Below the pieces are notes generated by a model, which was given only the letters and a program-made list of their open reading frames with translations, ran no database searches and was not told the DNA's origin. A stretch of 64,000 nucleotides of DNA from a virus, in IMG/VR virus record IMGVR_UViG_3300017917_003859, positions 1 through 64,000 of that record; one strand, 5' to 3'. Shown here piece after piece: positions 21,268 through 30,135 of this stretch; the stretch's first letter is position 1, and each line of letters starts with the position of its first letter. The position numbers and the translations under genes are program-made.

Positions 21268-21633
21268 ATGGAAAATTTTTCAAAACTTATATCTTATCTT
21301 TTGCATTCAAGAACACAAGCTCATGTGTATCATTTGCAAACTCCATCATTTGCTGCTCATAAAGCATTAAATGAATACTACGATGAAATTGTAGATATTA
21401 CTGATGGTTTAGTTGAATCATATCAAGGCAAATATGGTATTATAATGGATTATACTAATTTTACTTTAATGCAGTATCAAAGTTGTGAAGCAATTCAAGA
21501 ATATTTTAGAGCATTGAATACTACTGTTGAAATGTTACGTCAAGATATTCCTGATTCATATTTACAAAATCAAATTGATAGTGTTGTTGAATTAATTCAA
21601 TCTACATTATATAAACTTAAATACTTAAAATAA
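21268..21633 (+). CDS. ferritin/Dps-like four-helix protein
   Basis: H..H.QT.SFA.HKAL..YY..I....D.LVE.YQG diiron-like pattern. Confidence 0.7.
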   Translation: MENFSKLISYLLHSRTQAHVYHLQTPSFAAHKALNEYYDEIVDITDGLVESYQGKYGIIMDYTNFTLMQYQSCEAIQEYFRALNTTVEMLRQDIPDSYLQNQIDSVVELIQSTLYKLKYLK

Positions 21634-22007
21634 TGAATAGTAAACTTAAACAAATAATTAGAGAAGAAATACGTAAAATTTTACGTGAAGGGTCTGAGTC
21701 TAAACTATATAAAATTGAAGGTTTACTTGTATCAGATAATAATAAAAAAACCCAATCTCAATTACTTTCAGATATTCGTGCTATAACTGGTGTTACTACT
21801 GTAGATGCCCAAGAATATACTCCTCGTTTACCTAAACCTGATCGTTCATATAATAGATTAACTGTTAAAATAGATCCATATCCATATTTAAAAAATAGTA
21901 ATTTTGATATAGATACAATTAAAATGATTATTGATAATATTAATAAAATTAAAGGAGTAATTAAGTTTAAAGTTGACAATCCACAATTGATTAATATAGG
22001 GATATAA
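21633..22007 (+). CDS. hypothetical tagged protein
   Basis: LKQIIREEIRKILRE tag; SDIRAI.GVT.V domain. Confidence 0.55.
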   Translation: MNSKLKQIIREEIRKILREGSESKLYKIEGLLVSDNNKKTQSQLLSDIRAITGVTTVDAQEYTPRLPKPDRSYNRLTVKIDPYPYLKNSNFDIDTIKMIIDNINKIKGVIKFKVDNPQLINIGI

Positions 22008-22870
22008 TGAATCTTATTGATATACTTAAACAACTCCTCCAAGAAAAAGCAGATCGTTGTAAACGTATTGCTGATCGCAAATACGATAAACCATCTGCTT
22101 ATAAGTCAGGAGCAATTGTTAGATGTCGTAAAGGAAATATTTGGAAAGATATAAAAGAAGATAAAGAAGAATTTCAAAATAAAGCTTTAGATAAAATAAA
22201 TAAAGTTGGTGGATTTAATAATTTACCTGATATTGATAAATTAGCTTTACTTGGTGGTTCTGGTGATGCATTGTTAAAAAATTTAAATTTAGGAAAAATT
22301 TTTAAAGAAAACGGAGGCACATTCGGTAAATTAGAAATAAAAATTAAAGTTAAAGATAAAAACAATCAACCAATTAAACATAGATTTAGTCAAGAATTTG
22401 CTGGTAAAGAAGGTTATTTATTTCCTTATATTAATTATGATGATGAAAATCAACCTTATGTTATAGTAAGATTTGATGAATTTGCTAGTGACCCTAATCT
22501 TAAAGGTGGTGGAAATTACAAAGAATTACCAATAATGTTAGGTAATATGTATCCAATTGATTACGATAAAATAAAAAGTGATTTTGTCCAATATCAAAAT
22601 AAAGTAGATTTTGAAAGAAATGAATTTTTAAAATCATTTGGGCTTGATGATTTAGATGAAGGTGAATCACTTCGCTCCTGGTTTAAACGTCAAGGTCCTA
22701 AAGGTAAAGAAGGTGGATGGGTAGATTGTAATGCACCTGATGGAAAAGGTGGATATAAAGCATGTGGTCGTAAAGAAGGCGAAAAACGAGCTAAATATCC
22801 TTCATGTCGTCCTACACCTTCACAATGTAAATCGCCTGGCAAAGGCAAAAAATGGGGTAAAACAAAATAA
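22007..22870 (+). CDS. modular hypothetical protein with basic Cys-containing terminal modules
   Basis: MNLIDILKQLLQE tag; PSAY.SGA.V.CRK and WF...WVDC...CGR...YP.CRP modules. Confidence 0.6.
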   Translation: MNLIDILKQLLQEKADRCKRIADRKYDKPSAYKSGAIVRCRKGNIWKDIKEDKEEFQNKALDKINKVGGFNNLPDIDKLALLGGSGDALLKNLNLGKIFKENGGTFGKLEIKIKVKDKNNQPIKHRFSQEFAGKEGYLFPYINYDDENQPYVIVRFDEFASDPNLKGGGNYKELPIMLGNMYPIDYDKIKSDFVQYQNKVDFERNEFLKSFGLDDLDEGESLRSWFKRQGPKGKEGGWVDCNAPDGKGGYKACGRKEGEKRAKYPSCRPTPSQCKSPGKGKKWGKTK

Positions 22871-23181
22871 TGTTTAGTTCAGAAAATACATTAATAATGA
22901 TATTTGGAGTTTTATTAGCTTTAAGTTTTATTATTTTTATTGTATGGTATACTAATTCATTATTTGCAACTAAAACCCAAGATGTATTAGTTAGATTTAT
23001 ACTTTTAATATTTGCTGCTTTAGTTGGTGTCTTTATTGTTGATAAAACTATAGCATTTAAAATAAATTTATTAAGTCAAGAACAAAACTCACAATTATTT
23101 GATTTAATTAAGACCTTAACCTTAATGATTTTTTCTTATTATTTCGGAACCCAAAAAACAGAAAATAAACCCATAAATTAA
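22870..23181 (+). CDS. three-TM membrane protein, holin candidate
   Basis: Three hydrophobic segments, YYFG end; adjacent to the endolysin. Confidence 0.55.
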   Translation: MFSSENTLIMIFGVLLALSFIIFIVWYTNSLFATKTQDVLVRFILLIFAALVGVFIVDKTIAFKINLLSQEQNSQLFDLIKTLTLMIFSYYFGTQKTENKPIN

Positions 23182-23187
23182 ATACAC

Positions 23188-23658
23188 ATGCAATTATCAG
23201 AACATTTAGTATTAACAGAAGTTATTAAATCAGATACCGCAAAAAGATTAGGTATTGATAATAACCCAACCTCAGAACATTTAGCTAATTTAAAATTATT
23301 AGCTGAAAAAGTATTTGAACCCATTAGAAATCATTTCAAAAAACCAATTAATGTTTCTTCAGGTTATAGAAGTAAAGCATTAAATGATGCCGTTCCTGGA
23401 TCCTCAGCTACATCACAGCATTGTTCTGGTGAAGCCTTAGATTTAGATCAAGATAATATGAATACTGGAATTACTAATAAGATGGTATTTGACTATATTA
23501 AAGATAATTTAGTTTTTGATCAACTTATCTGGGAATTTGGAACTGATTCTAATCCAGATTGGGTACACGTATCATATGAATCTACGGGAAAACAACGTAA
23601 ACAAATTTTGAAAGCTATAAGAGTTAATGGTAAACCTGTATATAAACCTTGGGCTTAA
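23188..23658 (+). CDS. endolysin, peptidase M15A family
   Basis: SSGYRS..LN....S..SQH..GEA.D...WVHVSY. Confidence 0.88.
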   Translation: MQLSEHLVLTEVIKSDTAKRLGIDNNPTSEHLANLKLLAEKVFEPIRNHFKKPINVSSGYRSKALNDAVPGSSATSQHCSGEALDLDQDNMNTGITNKMVFDYIKDNLVFDQLIWEFGTDSNPDWVHVSYESTGKQRKQILKAIRVNGKPVYKPWA

Positions 23659-23692
23659 ATAAAACTTTACTTACACAATTTAAAAATATAAA

Positions 23693-23974
23693 ATGAAATT
23701 ACCTATTTCTTTTAAAGACTTTGCAAAGGATCCGGTTAAAGGTCTTTTATTTATTGTCTTACTTGCTGTTGGATACTTATATTATGATAATAAAGCAAGT
23801 TATCAAACACAAGCCGCGGAATATAAGGAACAATATTCTGAATGTGGTTCTAAAGTAGAAGCTCTTGAAAAAAAGCTTGATGAAAGAACCGAAAAACTTA
23901 GAAGAGCAGACAGTATCATGGCTATTACAGTAGCTAGATTACAAGTATTAAACGATATAAATAAAATAAAATGA
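23693..23974 (+). CDS. inner-membrane coiled-coil protein, i-spanin candidate
   Basis: One N-terminal TM followed by a coiled coil; follows the endolysin. Confidence 0.5.
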   Translation: MKLPISFKDFAKDPVKGLLFIVLLAVGYLYYDNKASYQTQAAEYKEQYSECGSKVEALEKKLDERTEKLRRADSIMAITVARLQVLNDINKIK

Positions 23975-24333
23975 AAAAATTTATTATTATTAGTCTAGTT
24001 TTGGCATCTTGCCAAAATAAACCAGTACAAGTTGAAACTACATTCATTATAACTGATAGCCTTATTACAGTTGAGCCAGCTCCATCAGATACTATATCAT
24101 TTAAAATCTCAAATCTTTTACAAAGCACAGAAAATGCTGATAAAAAGGTAAAAGAAATTAAAGCTATTAAACAAGAAAATGTAAGTTTAAAAAAAGAACT
24201 TGTTGAAACTAAAGCTGAGCTTGAAGAAGCTAAAGCTATTCTTGCCGATACAACTTCAGAACCTATTAAGAAAAAGAAAAAAAGTTTTATACAAAAAGTA
24301 ATATCAACAATTAAAAAAGATACAACACAATGA
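23971..24333 (+). CDS. lipoprotein, o-spanin candidate
   Basis: MKKFIIISLVLASC lipobox; overlaps the previous gene by 4 nt; coiled coil. Confidence 0.6.
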   Translation: MKKFIIISLVLASCQNKPVQVETTFIITDSLITVEPAPSDTISFKISNLLQSTENADKKVKEIKAIKQENVSLKKELVETKAELEEAKAILADTTSEPIKKKKKSFIQKVISTIKKDTTQ

Positions 24334-24587
24334 AAAAATTTTGGTCAATGTTTGATGATAACAATACAGTAAATGAAAAAGCTGTTATTGGATTTGGTGC
24401 ATTCGTAGTCATGATTATGTTTGCAATAGTAGATGTTACTACTGGTATTTTAAATAAACCTTTACTTGTTAATGAGTTTATATTTGATTCATTTAAATTA
24501 TTAACAATTGCATGTTTTGGCATTGCATCTGTGGACAAATGGATTAATAAGAAACATAACTCAGAATCAGAAACGGAAGAAAAATGA
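24330..24587 (+). CDS. two-TM membrane protein, holin/antiholin candidate
   Basis: Two hydrophobic helices and a charged C-terminus; in the lysis cluster. Confidence 0.5.
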   Translation: MKKFWSMFDDNNTVNEKAVIGFGAFVVMIMFAIVDVTTGILNKPLLVNEFIFDSFKLLTIACFGIASVDKWINKKHNSESETEEK

Positions 24588-25357
24588 TTAAATTATTAGA
24601 TATATTATTTGAATTAGAACTTACAGATCACTATAAAGATCGAAAAGTTGATAGAATTGATAATATAAAAAAAGTCATAGTTCCTAAAGAAGCTTTGGGT
24701 GATTTTACTTTAGAACAAATTCAACAACCTCTTATAAAAGAAATTCAAAAAGGAATTTTTACTAAATTAAAAACATTAGAAGCTCAAGATGTTCCTTTAT
24801 CTCAAGGATATAATATTACTTATAAATTTTTTACTCCTGTACTAGAAGCTAATAATACTCGATATCCTATTACTATTGTATCTGATGCCGGGAAAGGAAA
24901 ATTTTATTATGTTATAATTCATAATAATTTTCTCATAACATTGGTATTGTCTGGTTCTGATGATCTTTATAAAGATACAATTAATCATTTAGAAAGAAAA
25001 AAGAAAGACATTCCTGTAAAAGTACTTGAATTTGAAGAATCAACATATCCAATCAATTTAAATAAATTAATGGGTATAGAAATAGCTAAACCCGAAAAAA
25101 TTAAAGAAAAAGATTTACCATACAAAATTAGAACAGACTATAGGATAGGAGCAGACTTCAAACATGATACATATGGTACTGGTAAAATAATAACTACATC
25201 CTCAGGCAATAGAGGTTTAGCGGATTCTAGAGGAATGTTAAATTGGGTTGAAGTAGATTTTGGAAAACCTTACATTTCTGGTGGAAAAATGCTTAAAACT
25301 AGAAAAATACCTAATGTATATTCAACTATATATTTTGATAAACAATTGAAAAGCTAA
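24584..25357 (+). CDS. hypothetical protein with MIKLLDILFE tag
   Basis: Tag followed by TDHY..R..DR; C-terminal H..YG.G.I...V.F SH3-like strands. Confidence 0.55.
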   Translation: MIKLLDILFELELTDHYKDRKVDRIDNIKKVIVPKEALGDFTLEQIQQPLIKEIQKGIFTKLKTLEAQDVPLSQGYNITYKFFTPVLEANNTRYPITIVSDAGKGKFYYVIIHNNFLITLVLSGSDDLYKDTINHLERKKKDIPVKVLEFEESTYPINLNKLMGIEIAKPEKIKEKDLPYKIRTDYRIGADFKHDTYGTGKIITTSSGNRGLADSRGMLNWVEVDFGKPYISGGKMLKTRKIPNVYSTIYFDKQLKS

Positions 25358-25358
25358 A

Positions 25359-25640
25359 ATGAAAAAAGAATTTAACATAACTGAGTGGATACTCAAAAAT
25401 AAATTAAACGAGCATAATGAAGAAGGTGAATATCCTCCTTATATGTATTCTCCAATAGGCTTTAGCTGTGCTGTTTGTAAATATCATTATATGGAAGATG
25501 GTAAACATATGTGTTCAAATAAAAAATATCAAGAATACAAAGGTACTTCTGAATTAGTAGATGATGAAGGAAATCAAATTAAAGATCCTTCAAAATGGTG
25601 TTCTAATTGGTTTTTGCCTAAAGAAGAAGAAAATGATTAA
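25359..25640 (+). CDS. small four-Cys metal-binding protein with HiPIP-like spacing
   Basis: CAVC...C...WCSNWF after a KLNE tag. Confidence 0.45.
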   Translation: MKKEFNITEWILKNKLNEHNEEGEYPPYMYSPIGFSCAVCKYHYMEDGKHMCSNKKYQEYKGTSELVDDEGNQIKDPSKWCSNWFLPKEEEND

Positions 25641-26229
25641 ACTTATAGATATATTAAAAGAAATTTTTGTATCTGGTAAAGAACCTATAGGACAAGGTTC
25701 ACAACATGTTGTTTACCCTTACTCAAAAGATCCTAACAAAGTAATAAAAACATTTGATCCAAGTGAAGGAGAATCTATAAACATTGAACAAATAGATACG
25801 TTTCAACAATATCCTAATATATTTCCTATAGTTTATAAAGTAACAGACAAATACGCTGTTTTAGAAAAACTAGATGTAGACCAGGCAGTTGCAGAATTAG
25901 AAAAACTAAATGTAGAATTTTCTAATATAAAACAAAAAAGTAATGAAAAAAGAAAATATTCAATTCTTTTAGATGATATAATGGAAGATGATAATTTACA
26001 ATATGATGATTTCATATATAAATTGTATTATTTAATAAAAAATAATCCTTCTTCTTTAAAATCTGAATTAAATACCTTGTATTCATTAACTCAAAATCCT
26101 AACTTGCTTAAAAAATGGATAGACTTTTTACTTCAAATTGTATCAATTTTTGGTAAAAAAGATTTAGATATCCATGCTGAGCAATTTGGCTACACACCAG
26201 AAGGACAAATAAAATTATTAGACATTTAA
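25633..26229 (+). CDS. protein-kinase-like fold protein with MIKLIDILKE tag (start revised from 25561)
   Basis: IGQGSQHVVY Gly-loop; VIK lysine; DIH.EQ catalytic-loop-like; IKLLD; second Met avoids a large overlap. Confidence 0.65.
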   Translation: MIKLIDILKEIFVSGKEPIGQGSQHVVYPYSKDPNKVIKTFDPSEGESINIEQIDTFQQYPNIFPIVYKVTDKYAVLEKLDVDQAVAELEKLNVEFSNIKQKSNEKRKYSILLDDIMEDDNLQYDDFIYKLYYLIKNNPSSLKSELNTLYSLTQNPNLLKKWIDFLLQIVSIFGKKDLDIHAEQFGYTPEGQIKLLDI

Positions 26230-26489
26230 TGACCCCATACACTGACATAGAAGTTACAGACAAATATATCATTCGTGAATTTAACGAAAATATAGATCCA
26301 ATTGAACTTATGTGGCATCGTGATAATGAAGATCGTACATTAGAAATTATAGGAGAAACAGATTGGAAATTCCAATTTGATGATAAATTGCCAATTTTGT
26401 TAGAAAATCATATATTTATAAAAAAACACGAATGGCATCGTGTTATTAAAGGTACAGGAACACTTAAATTAAAAATATATAAAAAATGA
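26229..26489 (+). CDS. small cupin-like protein
   Basis: WHRD.E.R...W.FQ.D...I.K..WHRVIKG.G.L.L. Confidence 0.6.
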   Translation: MTPYTDIEVTDKYIIREFNENIDPIELMWHRDNEDRTLEIIGETDWKFQFDDKLPILLENHIFIKKHEWHRVIKGTGTLKLKIYKK

Positions 26490-27448
26490 ATAATTCAAAA
26501 CTAATACAACTAATCCGCGAATCAATCAATGATTATATTCGTGAAATTGATGAAGCAGGTAATGTTGCTGCTTTAGAAGCAAAAATGGGTAAAACTAAAG
26601 AAGCTATTGATCTTCGTGAAAAGAAAATGAACATGGATGGCTTAGATGAAGCATACCATGATATGCTTGATAAAGGTAAAATGAAAGAACTTAGCAATGA
26701 AGTTAAAGCATTGAAAAAAAGTTTAGCTAAATATGAAAAACAATTAGATAAACTTAAATCAAAATCTGAAAAAAGCGAAAAAGTAGAAGATACTGAAGAA
26801 AAAGAAATTGTTGATGAAGTAAATATCGATGAAAATTTTCCTGAAAATGGTCCACAATTAGAAGAAATTGCTTTAGAAGATATTAAAATAAATGAATCAT
26901 TTCTTTATATGCAAAAACTAGCAGGTGTTCTTTCAGAAAAAGAATATAACGAAAAACTAGAAGAAGCTCGTTTTAAAAAAGGAACAGATATTGGTAAAAA
27001 AGGTAAAGGATTTGCTAAAGTAGCTAAAGCTGCTGCTAAAGAATACGGTTCAAAAGAAGCTGGACAAAAAGTTGCTGGTGCTATTTTAAAAAAAGTAGTT
27101 AAAAATAAACCTAAAAGCTTAAAAGAAGAAGTATTAGCTTTATTTGAAAATGAAGTTGGTGGTGATAATGATAAAGCATTAGGAATATTATTTCATCCAA
27201 ATGATGATATGGAAGAAGCAAATGAGACACCATATGTTTGGGATCATAACGCTTATGAAAATCTTGTTAAAAGTATGGGATATGAAGATTATGAAGATGT
27301 AGCAGGAGAAATGACACATTATTTTGCACCTGGAGATAATGATGAGATGAGAGTAATGAGAAATTTGATAGGTAATCCTAATTTACAACCAACTGATCTT
27401 ACTATAGGAATGTATAAAAAAGCTATAAGAAGTGAGTACCCTGATTAA
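26486..27448 (+). CDS. modular hypothetical protein with scaffold-like motifs
   Basis: LIQLIRES tag; EVNIDE and ESF..MQKLAG motifs shared with the scaffold. Confidence 0.6.
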   Translation: MNNSKLIQLIRESINDYIREIDEAGNVAALEAKMGKTKEAIDLREKKMNMDGLDEAYHDMLDKGKMKELSNEVKALKKSLAKYEKQLDKLKSKSEKSEKVEDTEEKEIVDEVNIDENFPENGPQLEEIALEDIKINESFLYMQKLAGVLSEKEYNEKLEEARFKKGTDIGKKGKGFAKVAKAAAKEYGSKEAGQKVAGAILKKVVKNKPKSLKEEVLALFENEVGGDNDKALGILFHPNDDMEEANETPYVWDHNAYENLVKSMGYEDYEDVAGEMTHYFAPGDNDEMRVMRNLIGNPNLQPTDLTIGMYKKAIRSEYPD

Positions 27449-27464
27449 TATTTAAATTTTTATA

Positions 27465-27544
27465 GAACACATTCATTGCGTGTTCGAATATAACAAAATT
27501 AAAGGAGTAGTGGCCTAATCTTAAAGATTGGGCCTCTTTAATTT
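27465..27544 (+). other. structured intergenic RNA: hairpin, possible pseudoknot and terminator-like hairpin
   Basis: GAACAC/GTGTTC stem (27465-27485); GGCCTAATCT/AGATTGGGCC stem (27512-27534) followed by TCTTTAATTT. Confidence 0.55.
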
Positions 27545-27573
27545 GGTTTACTTAATAAAATAACTTATATTTA
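27542..27573 (+). promoter_or_regulatory. Bacteroidota-type promoter TTTGG-N19-TATATTTA
   Basis: -33/-7-like elements with a 19-nt spacer upstream of denV. Confidence 0.6.
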
Positions 27574-27588
27574 TCAAAAATAAAAGTT

Positions 27589-28062
27589 ATGAATATATTT
27601 TATATTAATGAAGATCCAATCATTGCTGCTCGTGAACTAGCCGATGATCATATCCGTAAAATGCAAATCGAAAGTGCACAAATGTGTTGTACAGCACATT
27701 GGGAAACAGGTGGAACAGCTCCATACAAACGTGCCCATAAAAACCACCCCTCAACAATTTGGACAAGACAATCTATCCAACATTATAGATGGCTTATATC
27801 TCATGGTTTAGAAATATGCAATGAATTTGAAAAACGTTATGGTAAACCCCATAAAACTAAAGAAATATTGGAGTGGTGTAAAACAAATGAACCAAATATC
27901 CCTGATAATGGCTTTACTCCTCCACCTCAATGTATGCCTGATGAATTTAAAATGAATGATGTTATAAAAGCATATAAAAATTTTTATATTAATGATAAAG
28001 TAAAAATTAAAAAATTAGATTGGAAAAAATTAAATAATAAACCTGAATGGGTGTTGGTCTGA
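27589..28062 (+). CDS. denV: pyrimidine-dimer DNA glycosylase / endonuclease V family protein
   Basis: MNIF....DP...A....D.H..KM..E.AQM...H.NHP...W...RYGK.H..PQCMPD. Confidence 0.8.
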   Translation: MNIFYINEDPIIAARELADDHIRKMQIESAQMCCTAHWETGGTAPYKRAHKNHPSTIWTRQSIQHYRWLISHGLEICNEFEKRYGKPHKTKEILEWCKTNEPNIPDNGFTPPPQCMPDEFKMNDVIKAYKNFYINDKVKIKKLDWKKLNNKPEWVLV

Positions 28063-28073
28063 TGGGATTTTAC

Positions 28074-28088
28074 AATATGTATAATAAA
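28074..28088 (+). promoter_or_regulatory. putative late promoter, variant AATATGTATAATAAA
   Basis: Identical to the 9869 variant; 5 nt before the ATG. Confidence 0.55.
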
Positions 28089-28093
28089 ATAGT

Positions 28094-28711
28094 ATGACTA
28101 AAATTTATATATTGGAAAAAAATGAAGTTCCATTTTATGTTGGAAAGGCAAAAGATGTTACTAGAAGAAAACACAAACATTATACTACATATGGAAATAA
28201 TATTAAATTAGAAATAATTGATGAAGTTGAAGACTGGAAATATTGGGAAGAATTTTATATTGAATTATTTAAAAGTTGGGGATTTAAATTAAAAAATAAA
28301 AACAGTGGTGGTGGGGGTCCTTCAAGTTATACTGAAGAACAAAAACAAAAAATGAGAAAACCAAGACCTGGTTCTGGAGAAAAAATAAGTAAAACATTAA
28401 AAGAAAAAAATCATTCACAATATTATACTGAAGAAGTTAGACAAAAAATAAGTAAAAATAATAAAGGAAAACCAAAACCATTTACTGAAAAACATCAACA
28501 AAACATGTTATTAGCTAAACGTAAACAAGCTACACCTGTACTTATGTTTGATTTAAATAATAATTTTATTAGAGAATGGGAAAGTAAAGGACAAGCTGCT
28601 CTTTGGATAAAAGAACAAACAAATAAAACAAGTAATTTGACTTCTCAAATAAAAGATTGTATATTGGGTAGACAAAAAACAGCATTTGGATATAAATGGA
28701 AATATAAATAA
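28094..28711 (+). CDS. free-standing GIY-YIG homing endonuclease with NUMOD-like repeats
   Basis: IYIL...YVGK...R...H...E..YI...N..GG; TEE.K.K NUMOD3-like; TAFGYKWKY NUMOD1-like. Confidence 0.8.
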   Translation: MTKIYILEKNEVPFYVGKAKDVTRRKHKHYTTYGNNIKLEIIDEVEDWKYWEEFYIELFKSWGFKLKNKNSGGGGPSSYTEEQKQKMRKPRPGSGEKISKTLKEKNHSQYYTEEVRQKISKNNKGKPKPFTEKHQQNMLLAKRKQATPVLMFDLNNNFIREWESKGQAALWIKEQTNKTSNLTSQIKDCILGRQKTAFGYKWKYK

Positions 28712-28712
28712 T

Positions 28713-30020
28713 ATGAAATACACAAAGAAAATCGTAATTGTAGGAAGTGGAGTAGCTGGTATTAGTGCTGCTTTAAAATTAGTAGACAATAATTATCCTG
28801 GAGAACTTATTACTATAATTGATAAAGGTAAAGATCCTTACACTCGTAAACCTGAAGAAGTAATGACAGGTTTTGCAGGAGCTGGAGGATTCTCAGACGG
28901 CAAATTAACATATCATACCGCAATTGGGGGTCAATTATCAAAATATTGTGGCGAAGAAAAAGCATATAATTTGATGGACCAAGCTATTGAAATGTGGAAA
29001 CGTTTTCACCCTGATCCCTCTAAAATTATGTACTCAAACCCAGAATCAGAACCAGACTTTATTAAACCATACTTTGGTCTTCGTTTATTCCCAGTATACC
29101 ACATTGGTACAGATTATTTACACGAAATAGGAAAACGTTGGTATGATTATTTAGTTGATAAAGGTGTTAAATTTAGTTGGAATGTAGAAGTATCTGATAT
29201 TCTTTTTAAAGAAAATTTAGTATGTTTAAAACATACATCTAAAGAAGATTGGATTTTTTACGATGAACTTATCTTTGCTGTAGGCAAATCAGGTATTGAC
29301 TTTGCCCAAAAACTATCAGACGATTATAAACTACCAACCGAACCTAAATCAGTTCAAATTGGAGTGAGATTTGAAAGCCCACAAAAATATTTTCAAAAAT
29401 TAATAGATGTATCTTATGATTTTAAATTATATCAAAAATTTGATAATGTATCATTACGTTCATTCTGTACTAACAATAATGCAGCTTATGTAGCTGTTGA
29501 AGAAACTTATGGAGATATTAGCTATAATGGTCATGCTAAGAAAGGTGAAGAATTTAGAAACGATATGACCAACTTTGGTATTCTAATGGAAATTAAAGGT
29601 ATTGAAAATCCATTTGAGTGGTCACGTGATGTAGTTAAATTATGTCAAGCTAATAAAACAGGATTATATTATTCACCTAATATGACTCGTAAACCAGGTT
29701 TAACATCAGAAGGAACAACTGTATCATCTTGGGAAATATCTGAGTATTCATTAAATAATGTTAGGAGTGCTATGGGTGGTTATTTTAAATATATTGAAGA
29801 TTTCATTGATCAAATGAATAAAGTATTTGAATTTGGTGATGACTATGGAATCTATATACCTGAGGTAAAATACTTAAGTCCTGAACCATTAGTAAATTAT
29901 AATGATCTATCGCTAACTGAATATCCAAATGTGCATTTTGTAGGAGATGCATTAAGTGCTAGAGGTATTACTGTAAGTGGAGCACACGGTATTTATGTAG
30001 CAGAATCTCTTTTAAAATAA
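28713..30020 (+). CDS. FAD-dependent oxidoreductase (start revised from 28686)
   Basis: IVIVGSGVAG Rossmann; G.GGFSDGKL; HIGTD; IGVRFE; RSFC; NGH; VGDA..RGI. Confidence 0.85.
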   Translation: MKYTKKIVIVGSGVAGISAALKLVDNNYPGELITIIDKGKDPYTRKPEEVMTGFAGAGGFSDGKLTYHTAIGGQLSKYCGEEKAYNLMDQAIEMWKRFHPDPSKIMYSNPESEPDFIKPYFGLRLFPVYHIGTDYLHEIGKRWYDYLVDKGVKFSWNVEVSDILFKENLVCLKHTSKEDWIFYDELIFAVGKSGIDFAQKLSDDYKLPTEPKSVQIGVRFESPQKYFQKLIDVSYDFKLYQKFDNVSLRSFCTNNNAAYVAVEETYGDISYNGHAKKGEEFRNDMTNFGILMEIKGIENPFEWSRDVVKLCQANKTGLYYSPNMTRKPGLTSEGTTVSSWEISEYSLNNVRSAMGGYFKYIEDFIDQMNKVFEFGDDYGIYIPEVKYLSPEPLVNYNDLSLTEYPNVHFVGDALSARGITVSGAHGIYVAESLLK

Positions 30021-30106
30021 TAATATTTATTTCCATAACCTAAACATTATGGAAACCCAAGACTACCCAGACTTTATTGAAAATTATTAATTTTGTTTAG
30101 TTTTGT

Positions 30107-30121
30107 AATATTTATAATAAA
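30107..30121 (+). promoter_or_regulatory. putative late promoter AATATTTATAATAAA
   Basis: Exact consensus. Confidence 0.65.
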
Positions 30122-30135
30122 AATAATTAAAAATA

